From NCBI GenBank assembly GCA_947629505.1, contig CANRDW010000002.1:150-64149 (forward strand): a DNA stretch of 64,000 bases. Reading direction: 5' to 3'. The notes under the pieces are model-generated. The model saw only the letters and a program-made list of their open reading frames with translations, had not been told where the DNA came from and did not search any database. Below, piece after piece: positions 57,701 through 62,043 of the stretch. Position 1 is the stretch's first letter. Every line of letters starts with the position of its first letter. This stretch comes from an uncultured Clostridia bacterium. Lineage in GTDB: Bacteria > Bacillota > Clostridia > Christensenellales > UBA1242. A program made the position numbers and the translations under genes.

Positions 57701-59786
57701 TCCTGTTTGTGGTAAAGATGAAAGTGTTATTACAACTTATTGTTATAAAACTGATGATAGCAATGAAAATGTGGAATATTCATATACATATAGACTTTTT
57801 GCCTGTGGAGATATCTGTGTTTATTATACTAGAAATGTTGAAGATGGAGACGATAATGTAGTTGAAAGTGGTTTAGAAAGTGTTTTGTTCACATACAATC
57901 ATGATAATGGAGAAATCAAAAGAATAGATGGTGAATGGATATGGTATGTTGAACCCTCTGAGAACGACAAAGGTGAAGGAGATTTTGAATATAACAAAGA
58001 AGGGGTATCGCAAGACAAAAGTTTTGATAAATATTTTAGTGGCTACACATTTGAAAATGGTGGATCTATTAGTGTTGATTTGGTTGTAAGTGATTTTGGG
58101 GACAAGACAGTTAATGTTGATGGGTCATTTGCGTATAACGGTTTCATTTCTGTGGCATATTCTTCAAAAAATGTAGAATATACGTTTTCTGGTTATGAGA
58201 AAGGATCAAAACCACAGGATGAGATTTTTAATGCTGACGTTGTTTATTATGGATACCAAGAAAAAGCCACTATAACTGTTGCTGAAGGCGAAACATTAAA
58301 TTGGAAAGATGCTGCAAGTGATGGCGAATTTGAAAAAGCAATCCCTGAAGATGGGAAATATGTATTTGAAGCAGATTCATATGACTTGAAACAAATTACA
58401 TATTATAAGCATGTTGAGATAAGCAGTACAGGATCAAATTATTTGGAAATTCAAGCAACAGTAAGCAACAACAATTCAACTAATGGCATTATGCTTTTGG
58501 GAGAAGACAAAAACATCACTTTTCCTATTGTTTTACTTAATTCAGATATCGTGCTTAGTGAAGGACTTGGGTCAAACAAACGCACAATTGTTGGGAATAA
58601 TTTTAATATCAAGTTTAATGGACTAAATGCTGAGTTGATTGAAACGAATGAAGAAGATATTAGGGATGTGAACTTTGTTGGACAGGCTTCACTTTCGGAG
58701 CAGACAAAAGAACGTAATCTGTTAATACAAAAAAACTACACAGCAGACATTACAAGTGTGAAACTTTATGGAAATATGAGAAATATTTATGCAGAAAATT
58801 CAAACACTGTAAGTTCATCTATTGAGTATAATGAAACAGCACTTGTTGCAACATATGTTGCAATGACAGGCTTGGATGCGGGACTAAACAAGGATGTGGC
58901 AGTAACGCTTGTAGAAAAGAGCAGTCAAGCTGGCGGCGGAATTGTTGTTGCAGGCAGTGCAATTAAGTCAGAAGATGGAGCCAATGGGAGTTCATATTCA
59001 TCTTCTAAAACTGGGGAAGGTCGCAACGGAGGAGAAGGAAATCCTGGAAAACAAGGCGGAAGCGTTGCTGTTTCCAACACAAAATTCGCGAGAGTTGGCG
59101 CCGGCAGTATGAGTGGCTATGGTGGCAATGGAGCAAATGGATCTTTTTACATAATTCAATATTCAACAGGCGGAGGCGGCGGTGGTATGACCCATAATGT
59201 AGGCAACTCCGGGGCTTCGGAGGGTGATAATATAAATAATGCTTCAAATCTTTCTACAGCCGCACAATATGGAGGCAATGGTGGTGTTGGTGGACTTGGA
59301 AGAGTATTTGTGGAAGAACGTTATCTTGGAGTAGGCAGAACATTGAAATCAGGGATGTGTTTTGCAGGTAAACCAGGTGCAGCTGGAGGGTTAGATACTC
59401 CAGGTAATGCAGGTGAAACCTTGGAAACTTGTTGGTTTGAATCAACAACAGAAGGATACCGAGTTTGTGATTTATTTAACATAGGAGAGTGTATAAGTCT
59501 CCCAGAAGGGGATAATCCAGATGGAATTAAGAACTATAAAGAAGCGCTCAATTATGCATTTGAGCGCCGAAATGAATGGTATGAGAAAACTTTAACTACA
59601 CCTAGCAAACATAATGACATGAAATTATATTGTTCATGTGAAGTTCACTTTGAAGTGAAACAGAATAACACAAGGCCTAAAATTACACCTACAACAGCTC
59701 AGACTTGGGGAAAAGTGAGTGTTTGGTGCTCGGGAGAATATATCAACAGTGGTGGAAGTTTTAATGATTGGTCAATAAAAAGTTAA
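39759..59786 (+). CDS. Giant surface lipoprotein (6,675 aa) with Ig-like domains and many GLUG-type beta-helix modules
   Basis: RBS GGAGG 6 nt before the ATG at 39759. Lipobox FITAC-C. A single uninterrupted 20,028-nt frame. More than 25 GG[LIVFM][IVF]G (GLUG-like) motifs by eye, e.g. YAGGLVGNNMGTITNSY and LAGGVVGYASGTTINSSYNTG. No C-terminal sortase or TM anchor. Confidence 0.9.
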   Translation: MKKIFLAMFSVFMLMSGIFITACCEKSVTLSIDTENVTIYTNSQNQDNVLSKDVTVSVSNSSAGIGKIVESGGENTIHLSATRRHNDNTYSFTIYGDKSGSARVRVWAIDNINEYKVINVKVNTVLEKIETSQSDSTQGRTNRFIVKGDGNEINLNAEEFFDLKPLTANVKDIEWTFTNGELDENGQPVMYEDSVEVARISNGKLWVSENAQMEKINLRASFVDNKDITNTVELDVLENSTINSLEIGDNTHTVLFYSDNAVQDIKDDDAVFNLKRNDANRAVASGTIVINTQYNVQLSPIFYASTSNGMERIEDYLDYFTFNVTSRETQAKMVTYTFEVNATDYFNNNTSGSFMLQLNIGYADYAYDITTSSIRPIITTSYAVEGVNLFDAQQDFINNDSIDIFSNYNAGGYTIRTILLPDDGVTLDNNLFNIKINIEQSTSLLNHFMKNDQKISSIVKFTRRGEEIKFTNSSEMEYTSTTLLQSGDVITLIASDNIEGSLENVVFEFVPQSDPYKKTQIGLNLYRITSGQDLEIVTDNDMPVETQYIASNEGSTKVVDYTLKILGLTSASGLVLKNDNNPRFIFPEEDYFTKTPEAVETHISDGENDPDYIIVQFSVRLNGTNIDSKANFWFEHITQKTSQNFSVEAFMPIDDVSILNADPLSTNVYYSKNLRQGFSLVGDEIQSSDLTSVSLAKIMLEAGSILTLSTTFQSLANDVEYGFITLDQVIEKLGENDAENIFRYAGEDDALFGDQTALDYLATQFSKDEIWTGFTNYFGITTNRLTLSDNEFKGFVFAKFNGFDSAHREVVAVRIFALESFYAVKSLSSNVRDTILYTTETLSQADMARASVNVTLSFRNDGKTPTYTHDQSMFTFESSSGDWEENDSQAIKQNRFYTISNIDTPLDGRYFTFTITANSTKHQTRVYDILTITYRDEFGFERKIDISLEIRNVNRVEQVEWVNKTLSGDVYLNLTSSQENARKFMIKTAVLPSGPDGANDKTLRARYASSGDGVNLSVTEVETIDGGQNFNLSITGTDRGGVGNLYILPNDMIKRVDGIDQVLIYKYEYDENGQLKEEKISYIRLDRFENYYDEIIAGSDNYSNYFYNNDNERIYYSDVILNIPIIMADGQEIETAVRVYSEEDLKKIDKALKYRVMNNITLSGWQAYDQITENGAIFGDNDSIVLNFTNDSQNFVDTLRGQIFDLVLTGDVTVANGAYAGFIARENYGTISNVRVDVNYNSKDSKYVPSSLTYNAIGDYAGGLVGNNMGTITNSYTYGMSIVATNSTFVGGLVGSNSGRLANCGVEFYTFAANTYNTIAVGNNCNFGGLVGQVASADSVIYRDYIYAYPFTESNGGTYSQLVLNNTDNVSMFVGATGENVSNTIEECFGFMGDLNKIVSGTATFVNSYYVKNKNSEGSSKDKTMIFLTDGEDINGTEYNSNNLEGTYKETLDRDIWELDNIDNSVNFDMIYLKNNVQSAVLDINKVNFKSQSDKIVSVDGNNAFLFYYQPQATISDPAERSELTTLNTVSLTDIFDIKASEQKSLIISSVSQSLVVNATSLRITNIENSVVKIKAHSKMDLTQTKEFNVVITYALPTLTTLLGGYELSDNEVVRLQTSKSATDEKISTIVHELDHTIMLNGNAYASVAQNSLYQIAYVIYDVETGNKLYKCDNIGFAKSELSLIMTGKKVTQTPVSVQTFVELKNIAKDMDADTTEKYNNAIREKLTRKFQVSVFNGATNLLITNAKKLNFSPVDHATFDVDITTDNEDDNLVFTLEIGGHTFQSDHLSEARSFDFVIDSTNDLHLSVIWTPNTEKTKYSVSVFVPYVERYKVVQEYDFSLSVNALSQIDNDMYVNTVDLKLVPEYVNSINIDIYNIQTRRSVNNTMYYTQSSNKTNSIIPSSDAILTVHMTPEFALATHFTLTYTVENSSQPNAAVQIMKLTENQNFGLYLNSAGTSSLGNGLRVNISDADRQGKGYYYFRVYASNIFKDNSTIVFTTTFYNGEDELYTASEKLGIDFMQDAQITIDGQAVSSYLIAKSTSTEIEVTVGKNQTVMLSLQNNGAGISLVLGDDREEGNFRIYKATVVARANAKVMGDNGQQQSTGVFYVRAGVSRVIDGVPDIKYTSVKMNLLDFTIDPQGISVRGSHNTTTYNQSTYDAFYVYRGAPNPLEFDYTLLPQTYDIDESNPEEVDAIKEIEAEKEKFLLNNYYEKEGSSYHINYTYDVTTNKYTELTLKEQLAYARNEYDTESIYNPVTDGINRNDLFTIERKNITKDGKQIEQLVFTGLNTGKQLMRLETLVWYDDQLIARIPYFFVVVVDTYYDEENPVAITSQEDLERFADPNRTDAKAEDYILMNDIVLENYTPLSTAMFNSLDGNGYVIHLNSFAKPSVEDGSFSLAMFSEVTANTTLKNICVNIYQGGQLKVNVSRNTGYSTVNVAGFALVNNGIIYNCEVVAYKSDYQTVTVANPGLNVVYTNGENDTEIQLNENMGIEESFVAGFVIENNLSIVNSRVGGENFEHIVNIAGVDYIETLDLDYFNIRGQVNVAGFIANNYGKISASYADNVAIYNMMDSNAAETAGFALYNTSSIEESYVEGAGGGRDGDEIVITHSLTKINVKGGFVAGFIYDNSGVVKNSYANIAIENTSYKPSYLAGFVYRNNPGALVTLCFTACEIQNIDAQQRPFSGVSGDDSLNEGTISYSYYYSRSSDSVTDESRYTTGITPVSDLTVDPENLLYGFSFTSGNGQSNGIWEKTDFGIVLVNPNKIAISNRYMVVVNDTEQFIYNTAVRDVSTLLPVDLSYGSEKNPIIIRSASDFVLAMGKAQSREISSYLQYYSSTEVWGNYRFVNDVVFDDTIEQNPQTIEQTEGRYNLTTTSKTFRGNLTGNGFTLSGLRLSSSQQAENYGLFAKLDSADIINLNLEVEYVNSDASVVGILAGTAIDSNIISVSVVPYGIQDEIRVNGENVVGGLVGMLFGESKVQDVSISNIYVESADYEVKNITSNKENIGRLRDLIKNRQSIANQTTRLSYTGAVIGFVDTYSIMNNSTVKFETSIRVKDFDVLNVHVTGFVNIYGEVAGGLFGYVGDSTKVYDASLKIDADAARSTNPSYIIAKNLYAGGLVGENYGGLFAVYAQYSDDIQNAIEAGENSYYMNGANVERGQDSIFSYTEADREFADIETKYDDPLAIGGLVGYMGAGYIYVGYSKLNVITRSDKTMAIGGIVGMLSSSGIVTKVESVQGTPNVNVVLNDVYASGDVHFDTSNNAGKNSAGIVGAITDASSSTMPTIVLRNVMAMNYLGVANNQLIGDTAGFTDAETSINSTNHFMLIGNLFKYSNGLLSNVDMLNTDIYIVRDDASYVNLNRYPDDGVSDGIHNTVGGYNNLSLGQGDQARHIQIKPFAFNFNVSGDPNTVVMRDLVVAVHIGESDMQSATPGDLSTPSIYFKSYFLERGWESQYWIHDGNKLFPEIELLPRSNVVTWDVYNTEEVIDKVSKNKEITIVLRGKLYNQENSNDYTDIDIRKGATQGNVPMADLYDDLQEAFRNFKGTLISYYQMEHRDDCALNKEANEFGGKPDPEKRVDPGLIVDAPLITATEPLTGLNINGINFYFCKSDNQETINYALLGNAPVSNNSVLRNVSLIYNDPVAIEASENGNVGLVTTSTITSTSVINTTIVVREKANSTGPNITLGSGDSYAKFVGLIAGKIIMDSQNDSASVSGLSITKETANNTTGSSEDDDAKKVKVEIKTNPTADSTAEQNLDVFVGLFAGQIYKTQGASKTLNLGFNQLNDLKVTITAAGETKGFEGNLYVGGFVGQLSDADRIVFEGASSGETNGFTMVIDSSVSKNLYAGGVFGQVASGSDVHISVDGNSNLVYTNNLYLNSEKTISGEANIGGIIGETGINVFISNLKTRFGLGTSTKKSVDRSAFETFKYDDYLPKNDNNDVNLLNPFVVKNANIGGMIGKVSGGITQILRTSTVDGSIDVAINGEGTVNVGGYIGDAYGDVIVNAPNAKNSLNISVYQKDNNQDMANIGGIVGRFNQGSGSPLNNITINDGASDGQWTNYTGIVLAAVKTINFGGAVGFMNKQDFSTASTFNNVAFGGALEVWDNGTIAGGTVQVGGVIGAYDQQTNSEPDETPSTGHDTITNARTYGDVFVNYKMYDNGTYLNNKLATYYFGGIVGYAVNVSVENCSTIMTSFNSRLSTGNTAGSNIGVYGVNAIVGADNGQVTYKNNKYSSGVMMTYQVEENNKDCYYGDQDDSSYEYYGYTNKTTESVSTDNNDKILKDFQSFVSGCQKLNPVKLSAITIKVEDNEGDDLQTKGDFIKTYTSTSSSNSTELNSYHNISWLYVGGDLSLSSLGSNITDIVIVGNGHTVTVTDNGAYTDELFKGALVDTMGAFASTNDVDEGENGFEAKIPNFTAITGMKLNLKVEKADVNITEGNTNNPSYGGVTGVTNGNSFIYGVGVTGQLSVGGANVEGYSLRLGGIVGTMKFGMIDECYMDATVSYRGNVGGFLSGIANTDQYNTTIKNTYSSGLLETFADVNIYTLAYSEQDSSAATSNDIMDVYSISQIKVTNLLENNTSSSTEIYFVNTDAFSQFGQHLNGTAAVTTNYTAIGQMALAYSEANKTAQSYSIKTPKYDGNGSKLEVDDGDKTPTPWYFSPYVNYGYASHGFGYLKNVTTYTETDGVYSQVSYDVLTTTNYQDGWYLGVPNVGKFEQMVDTVKEEYESNYKFLLKYNIDMSKKADSLTFGQNIGAKDKGFVFDGDGHTLDFAMAGTLNAPLFGDVTGEIKNLRLADISTSGNDGVATLAKTMNGSLNNITAIGSVTSGASVVGGVVATLNSSADKIQSLVNITKTGGGIVGGIAGVLNNATISNSSNSGQIVSTGSGTTGLTFKTMDTETKTTTVEGEETVVKREGTANSQKNGEDKSLGNIAGGVVGYANGGTVKNSYNANAVLSGFTDSTTGNYLAGGVVGYASGTTINSSYNTGLVGAGNYGDTETYALAGGIFGYGVNITLGKADGNDVGCINDGAVQAINQVNENNYSIKFELNEKNQGKETYLDTDGFDQRPSPLVYNVTMTYNAGSDRKVYAFGLGYSYGGSISDSQSSIDNIKNDGNIGQYIDDTKTMTFDRETWMDDNTEYEAKFAVQNGSNIGEDGNGQSYSIGDVVGDVGGKFYVNGRDNYGFPARIYLTDTMTRRLNYEATKRFYNMVKVQMEYTRQKKKQIFGFTFTKSSIWDYDSESGKWAWTGAKWGEVREGRGLGDVKDIFDYIRDSGYNYFGVASKDDKNYYSFNSDTTIGYYTDQLYRNYNNDVPKTMQGYFEGQSKYYYSPQNNNFESDKSLVLDDNGNPDLDERGNPQVKLNYDAIHESEIYNFQSDTTFYASTEFSEYNEILRKIDLISNETNITNEANKYPIKQESSEDSGSIVNIEAEIQKIDQKLQKTEEQSVKEMTVNGKKVAIIENNFNMKAVYTPYYATFEQKVKIPEDPDTVLTAPALTKNNFEITVEGCADGVGLSYYVIQDPIKNEDGTYTIKGTLYFNDDPGNNCKCVINVTYDTPITSVQLRKNDVQYLDNELKINLDRYMEDFENRGFDKQNISEVALFDGEQCVYIKSIEDNDKQQGKRLNPNWEGNNTLVIDDFSGSLGDATDLRISFIVTTSIEVSVYRLDLKINNISSSDEIKVSLVDLPQKPTDLTFIEEGEELTKEQINDLIKLTENREGEALVGLSYDLSNLVLQANGKLAFGDENYNFNYTTKDSWKNTLQPEDDNLTLNFEGNTLKVSGSEEDLNKFKETFQAFTSYRRTEGPIKPNDFTGNSDPNSSSSDQGVDLGDFASLREHFKLAGDEAWNRASMDWNDFDNQLASTQVSRKPYASYFGLDFYEVDAKFTYELTSLQLTFNSSQLYKGFTLKVGDKYVRQGTTSDYISEPINLFDHVDRANLGSNEVSLTVNDVEFAQTEFSIGSYLALSGNGYQYSVTKNTTETCPVCGKDESVITTYCYKTDDSNENVEYSYTYRLFACGDICVYYTRNVEDGDDNVVESGLESVLFTYNHDNGEIKRIDGEWIWYVEPSENDKGEGDFEYNKEGVSQDKSFDKYFSGYTFENGGSISVDLVVSDFGDKTVNVDGSFAYNGFISVAYSSKNVEYTFSGYEKGSKPQDEIFNADVVYYGYQEKATITVAEGETLNWKDAASDGEFEKAIPEDGKYVFEADSYDLKQITYYKHVEISSTGSNYLEIQATVSNNNSTNGIMLLGEDKNITFPIVLLNSDIVLSEGLGSNKRTIVGNNFNIKFNGLNAELIETNEEDIRDVNFVGQASLSEQTKERNLLIQKNYTADITSVKLYGNMRNIYAENSNTVSSSIEYNETALVATYVAMTGLDAGLNKDVAVTLVEKSSQAGGGIVVAGSAIKSEDGANGSSYSSSKTGEGRNGGEGNPGKQGGSVAVSNTKFARVGAGSMSGYGGNGANGSFYIIQYSTGGGGGGMTHNVGNSGASEGDNINNASNLSTAAQYGGNGGVGGLGRVFVEERYLGVGRTLKSGMCFAGKPGAAGGLDTPGNAGETLETCWFESTTEGYRVCDLFNIGECISLPEGDNPDGIKNYKEALNYAFERRNEWYEKTLTTPSKHNDMKLYCSCEVHFEVKQNNTRPKITPTTAQTWGKVSVWCSGEYINSGGSFNDWSIKS
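39840..43150 (+). other. N-terminal ~1,100-aa region of tandem Ig-like (Big_2-like) beta-sandwich domains in the giant protein
   Basis: Repeated ~90-100-aa segments with a V-x-V-x...A-x-V pattern (e.g. VTLSIDTENVTIYT...GSARVRVWAI). Domain family judged by eye. Confidence 0.4.
43160..54800 (+). other. Region of at least four adhesin-type modules: [E/S-x-D-L ... N-D-I-x-L ... G-N-G-x-x-I] heads followed by GLUG repeats
   Basis: Module heads start near 43160 (VRVYSEEDLKKI), 46740 (VAITSQEDLERF...LMNDIVLENY...LDGNGYVIHL), 48180 (IIIRSASDFVLA...GNLTGNGFTLSGL) and 53940 (LLKYNIDMS...FDGDGHTLDF). GLUG motifs are dense at 43540-43760, 49110-49580, 51170-52300 and 54240-54790. Confidence 0.6.
58930..59420 (+). 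other. Glycine-rich C-terminal segment of the giant protein
   Basis: GRNGGEGNPGKQGGS, GYGGNGANG, STGGGGGGM, YGGNGGVGGLG, GKPGAAGGLDTPGNAGE. Confidence 0.7.
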
Positions 59787-59871
59787 AACACTGCAACAAC
59801 AAATTAAATCTTTGCTTTATTAAGCAAAAATGGTGGAGATTATTTATAATTTTGTAAAAAAGGAGAAAGTT

Positions 59872-60627
59872 ATGGAAGAGAAAAAGGTTAAAAAGGAAAA
59901 GTGCATTCATGAGGGGCACAGGGCAAGGCTTGTGGAAATGGCAAAAAATGTTGGGCTTGACAATTTGAGCGCCTATCAAGTTATGGAATTCTTTTTAACC
60001 TACATCTTCCCGCGCGGGGACATGAACCCTCTCGCTCACAGGCTTTTAAACGAGTTTGAAACTTTCACAAATGTTATGGATGCGTCTGAGCGCGACCTTA
60101 TGCGTGTGAAGGGCATCAATCAACGTTCCGCAAGAATGATTTCAATGTTTAGCGAATTTTTCTTCTATTACACAACCTCGCGCATGGGCAGAAAGTTTGT
60201 TGTAAGCAGCCGTGCAGAACTTTTGGACATTATTGAGGACCACCTCCGCTTTCGTAACACCGAAAACCTTTTGCTTCTGGCGCTCAGCCCGGTGAACATA
60301 ATCACTCACAAGCGCAGAATCGACAAACACAGTTCGTTGGAAGTTGGCACGTCAATCATGGATATCACTGATTTCCTATCCTCTTCAAAACCCGCTTCGC
60401 TTGTTGTGGCGCATTGCCATCCGTTTGGAAAGTCCGAGCCATCGGATGCCGATGCGGAATCTTTTAAGCGAATCGACGAGTTGTGCAATCAGTGTGGCGT
60501 AAATTTGATGGACTCATTTATTTTGGGCGAGGACGGAGTTTACAGCCAAAGAGATGACAAACTTGTGAGAACTTATTATGATATTGACGAACTTAAAGAA
60601 GCACTTGTTGTGAACGCGGGCAGATAG
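59872..60627 (+). CDS. radC: RadC-family JAB-domain protein
   Basis: RBS AAGGAGA then ATG at 59872. HEGHRARL N-terminus, HhH-like LMRVKGINQRSA, JAB motif VVAHCHPFGKSEPSDAD. Confidence 0.85.
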   Translation: MEEKKVKKEKCIHEGHRARLVEMAKNVGLDNLSAYQVMEFFLTYIFPRGDMNPLAHRLLNEFETFTNVMDASERDLMRVKGINQRSARMISMFSEFFFYYTTSRMGRKFVVSSRAELLDIIEDHLRFRNTENLLLLALSPVNIITHKRRIDKHSSLEVGTSIMDITDFLSSSKPASLVVAHCHPFGKSEPSDADAESFKRIDELCNQCGVNLMDSFILGEDGVYSQRDDKLVRTYYDIDELKEALVVNAGR

Positions 60628-60637
60628 GCATGTTGCT

Positions 60638-60668
60638 AAAAAAGACGACTGTTCAGCCGTCTTTTTTG
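60638..60668 (+). terminator. Intrinsic terminator after radC
   Basis: AAGACG...CGTCTT stem then T6. Confidence 0.65.
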
Positions 60669-60720
60669 TGCCAAGTGTGTTGGCACGGCATCTTTTTCAA
60701 AGATGCAGCAACATGCCCGC

Positions 60721-61101
60721 CTAGAACAACCTGATAATAAAATAACAAATCACAATGCCAAGCGTTGTTCCAAACAGAGCGGCAAGGAAGCAGAGAAAAA
60801 TGTTTAACAGATTGAAATTTTTGGTTTGTTTTTCTTTTTTATTTGGATTTTCTTCCAAAACTTCCAGCCCATATGGCAGCACCGCCAAACAGAACACGTC
60901 ATCATCGTCATATTTAATTGAAATCATGCCTTGACGCTCAAGATAGGTTAAGATATGTTTGACATTTTCGCTGTCGGCACGCAGATATTTTGGCATAGCC
61001 ATGATAATGTCTGCCACTTCCACAATTTTGTAACTTCCGCCCGAACATTCCTTAGCCAAGATTTTTAAAACAAGTTTAGATTTTGAATCAATCATATACA
61101 T
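60721..61101 (-). CDS. Winged-helix-like protein with a C-terminal TM anchor (126 aa)
   Basis: LVLKILAKE...VKHILTYLERQGMISIKY, then C-terminal LLNIFLCFLAALFGTTLGIVICYFIIRLF. Confidence 0.65.
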   Translation of the reverse strand: MYMIDSKSKLVLKILAKECSGGSYKIVEVADIIMAMPKYLRADSENVKHILTYLERQGMISIKYDDDDVFCLAVLPYGLEVLEENPNKKEKQTKNFNLLNIFLCFLAALFGTTLGIVICYFIIRLF

Positions 61102-61178
61102 ATTTTTTCACATTCGTCAGCGTTTATACTTTAAGAATATTTGTTGCGGTTTTTGGCAAAATTATTGTTAGGTAATTT

Positions 61179-61535
61179 ATGACAAAAAAAGAAAGGCTTG
61201 TTATGAACTATCTTTGCAACAAATGTCAGCAAAGGCGGACATATCTTATTTCGCCGCAAGAAATCACACTTGCACTTTCAAAAAAATATGTGCTTTCAAT
61301 TGAGGAAATCGATGAAATCATGGTGTCACTTTCAAATGCAAATTATATAGATTTTGTCGTTTCAGAAAGCAAAAAAGGTTATTTTTACTGCGTAAATTTG
61401 AAAAAAAGTGGTCAAACCTTTGTTGCCGACACTAAAAGGAACCGCCGCAACTTTGGGCTTTTGGTGCTGCGCTCTATGTTTTTGGCAATGGTGAGTTTTG
61501 TGTTTGGAATAATTTTGAGAGCAATATTCAAATAA
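61179..61535 (+). CDS. Winged-helix-like protein with a C-terminal TM anchor (118 aa), divergent paralogue-like partner
   Basis: Same architecture as the 60721-61101 gene (N-terminal ~70-aa wHTH-like part, basic linker, one TM). Divergently transcribed 77 nt away. Confidence 0.65.
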   Translation: MTKKERLVMNYLCNKCQQRRTYLISPQEITLALSKKYVLSIEEIDEIMVSLSNANYIDFVVSESKKGYFYCVNLKKSGQTFVADTKRNRRNFGLLVLRSMFLAMVSFVFGIILRAIFK

Positions 61536-61559
61536 TTACGGTCGACAACTAGAATTTTG

Positions 61560-61800
61560 ACGCGGACACGATGCGAAGCATCTAACCGCTAAAATTCGTT
61601 TTCCCCGTGTGCCCCTTTTAGCCTTGCAAAATTCCGCCGGACATTTTGCGGGCGGCGGGAGTGCGATTTCAATTTGTGCTTGCCGAACGCAGTTCTACGC
61701 TCGCAAAATTGAAACTCGAGTTTTGGATGTGCCGGCGGGGATTCTAAGAGAGATGTTTCGCTTCGCTCAACATGACGAAAATGTTGGAATCTCAAAAATT
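61560..61800. repeat. REP-like GC-rich palindromic intergenic repeats (same family as 668-1015)
   Basis: GAGATGTTTCGCTTCGCTCAACATGACG (61750-61777) matches 20/28 with 668-694. AAAATTCCGCCGGACATTTTGC and CGGGCGGCGGGAGTGCG...TTCAATTTGTGC resemble 975-996 and 914-945. Confidence 0.5.
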
Positions 61801-61857
61801 TTTGAAAAATTTGTTTATTTATTTTGTAATTTTGCTTTTATGTGATAGAATAATGAT

Positions 61858-62043
61858 ATGAAAAAGTTCTTCGAAAAGCTGAAAAACGTTTTCAAAAACA
61901 AAAAGTTATGCACACTGATTTTATTATCAGTGTTTGTTTTATCTGCCTTTGGAACAGGGCTTGGCATAATTATCCACACCGCAATTTCTGCGGGGGGGGT
62001 GCTTCTGAGCTTACAGACAATAAAACTTGGCAAGATTATATGA
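61858..62043 (+). pseudogene. Signal-peptide/anchor exon of a surface-protein gene, separated from its body by a frameshift at a G8 tract
   Basis: MKKFFEKLKNVFKNKKLCTLILLSVFVLSAFGTGLG... is a typical signal sequence. Its frame stops at 62041-62043, while the downstream ORF frame is already open from 61953. Confidence 0.6.
61992..61999. repeat. Homopolymeric G8 tract at the frame junction
   Basis: CGGGGGGGGT. One extra G (G9) would fuse the 61858 frame to the 62040 frame. Confidence 0.9.

Noticed and set aside
40040-59448. About 40 short antisense or alternate-frame ORFs inside the giant gene
   Set aside because: All are embedded in one continuous 20-kb frame with coherent repeat/domain structure. 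Such shadow ORFs are expected in a long AT-rich gene.
60627-60717. 10-bp long-range inverted repeat GGCATGTTGC/GCAACATGCC enclosing three hairpins between radC and the convergent wHTH-TM gene
   Set aside because: Most simply explained as nested or bidirectional terminator structures between convergent genes. There is no evidence for a discrete element.
61589-61845. ORFs 61589-61795 (-) and 61609-61845 (+)
   Set aside because: They are mutually overlapping translations of GC-rich REP-like repeats and have no RBS.
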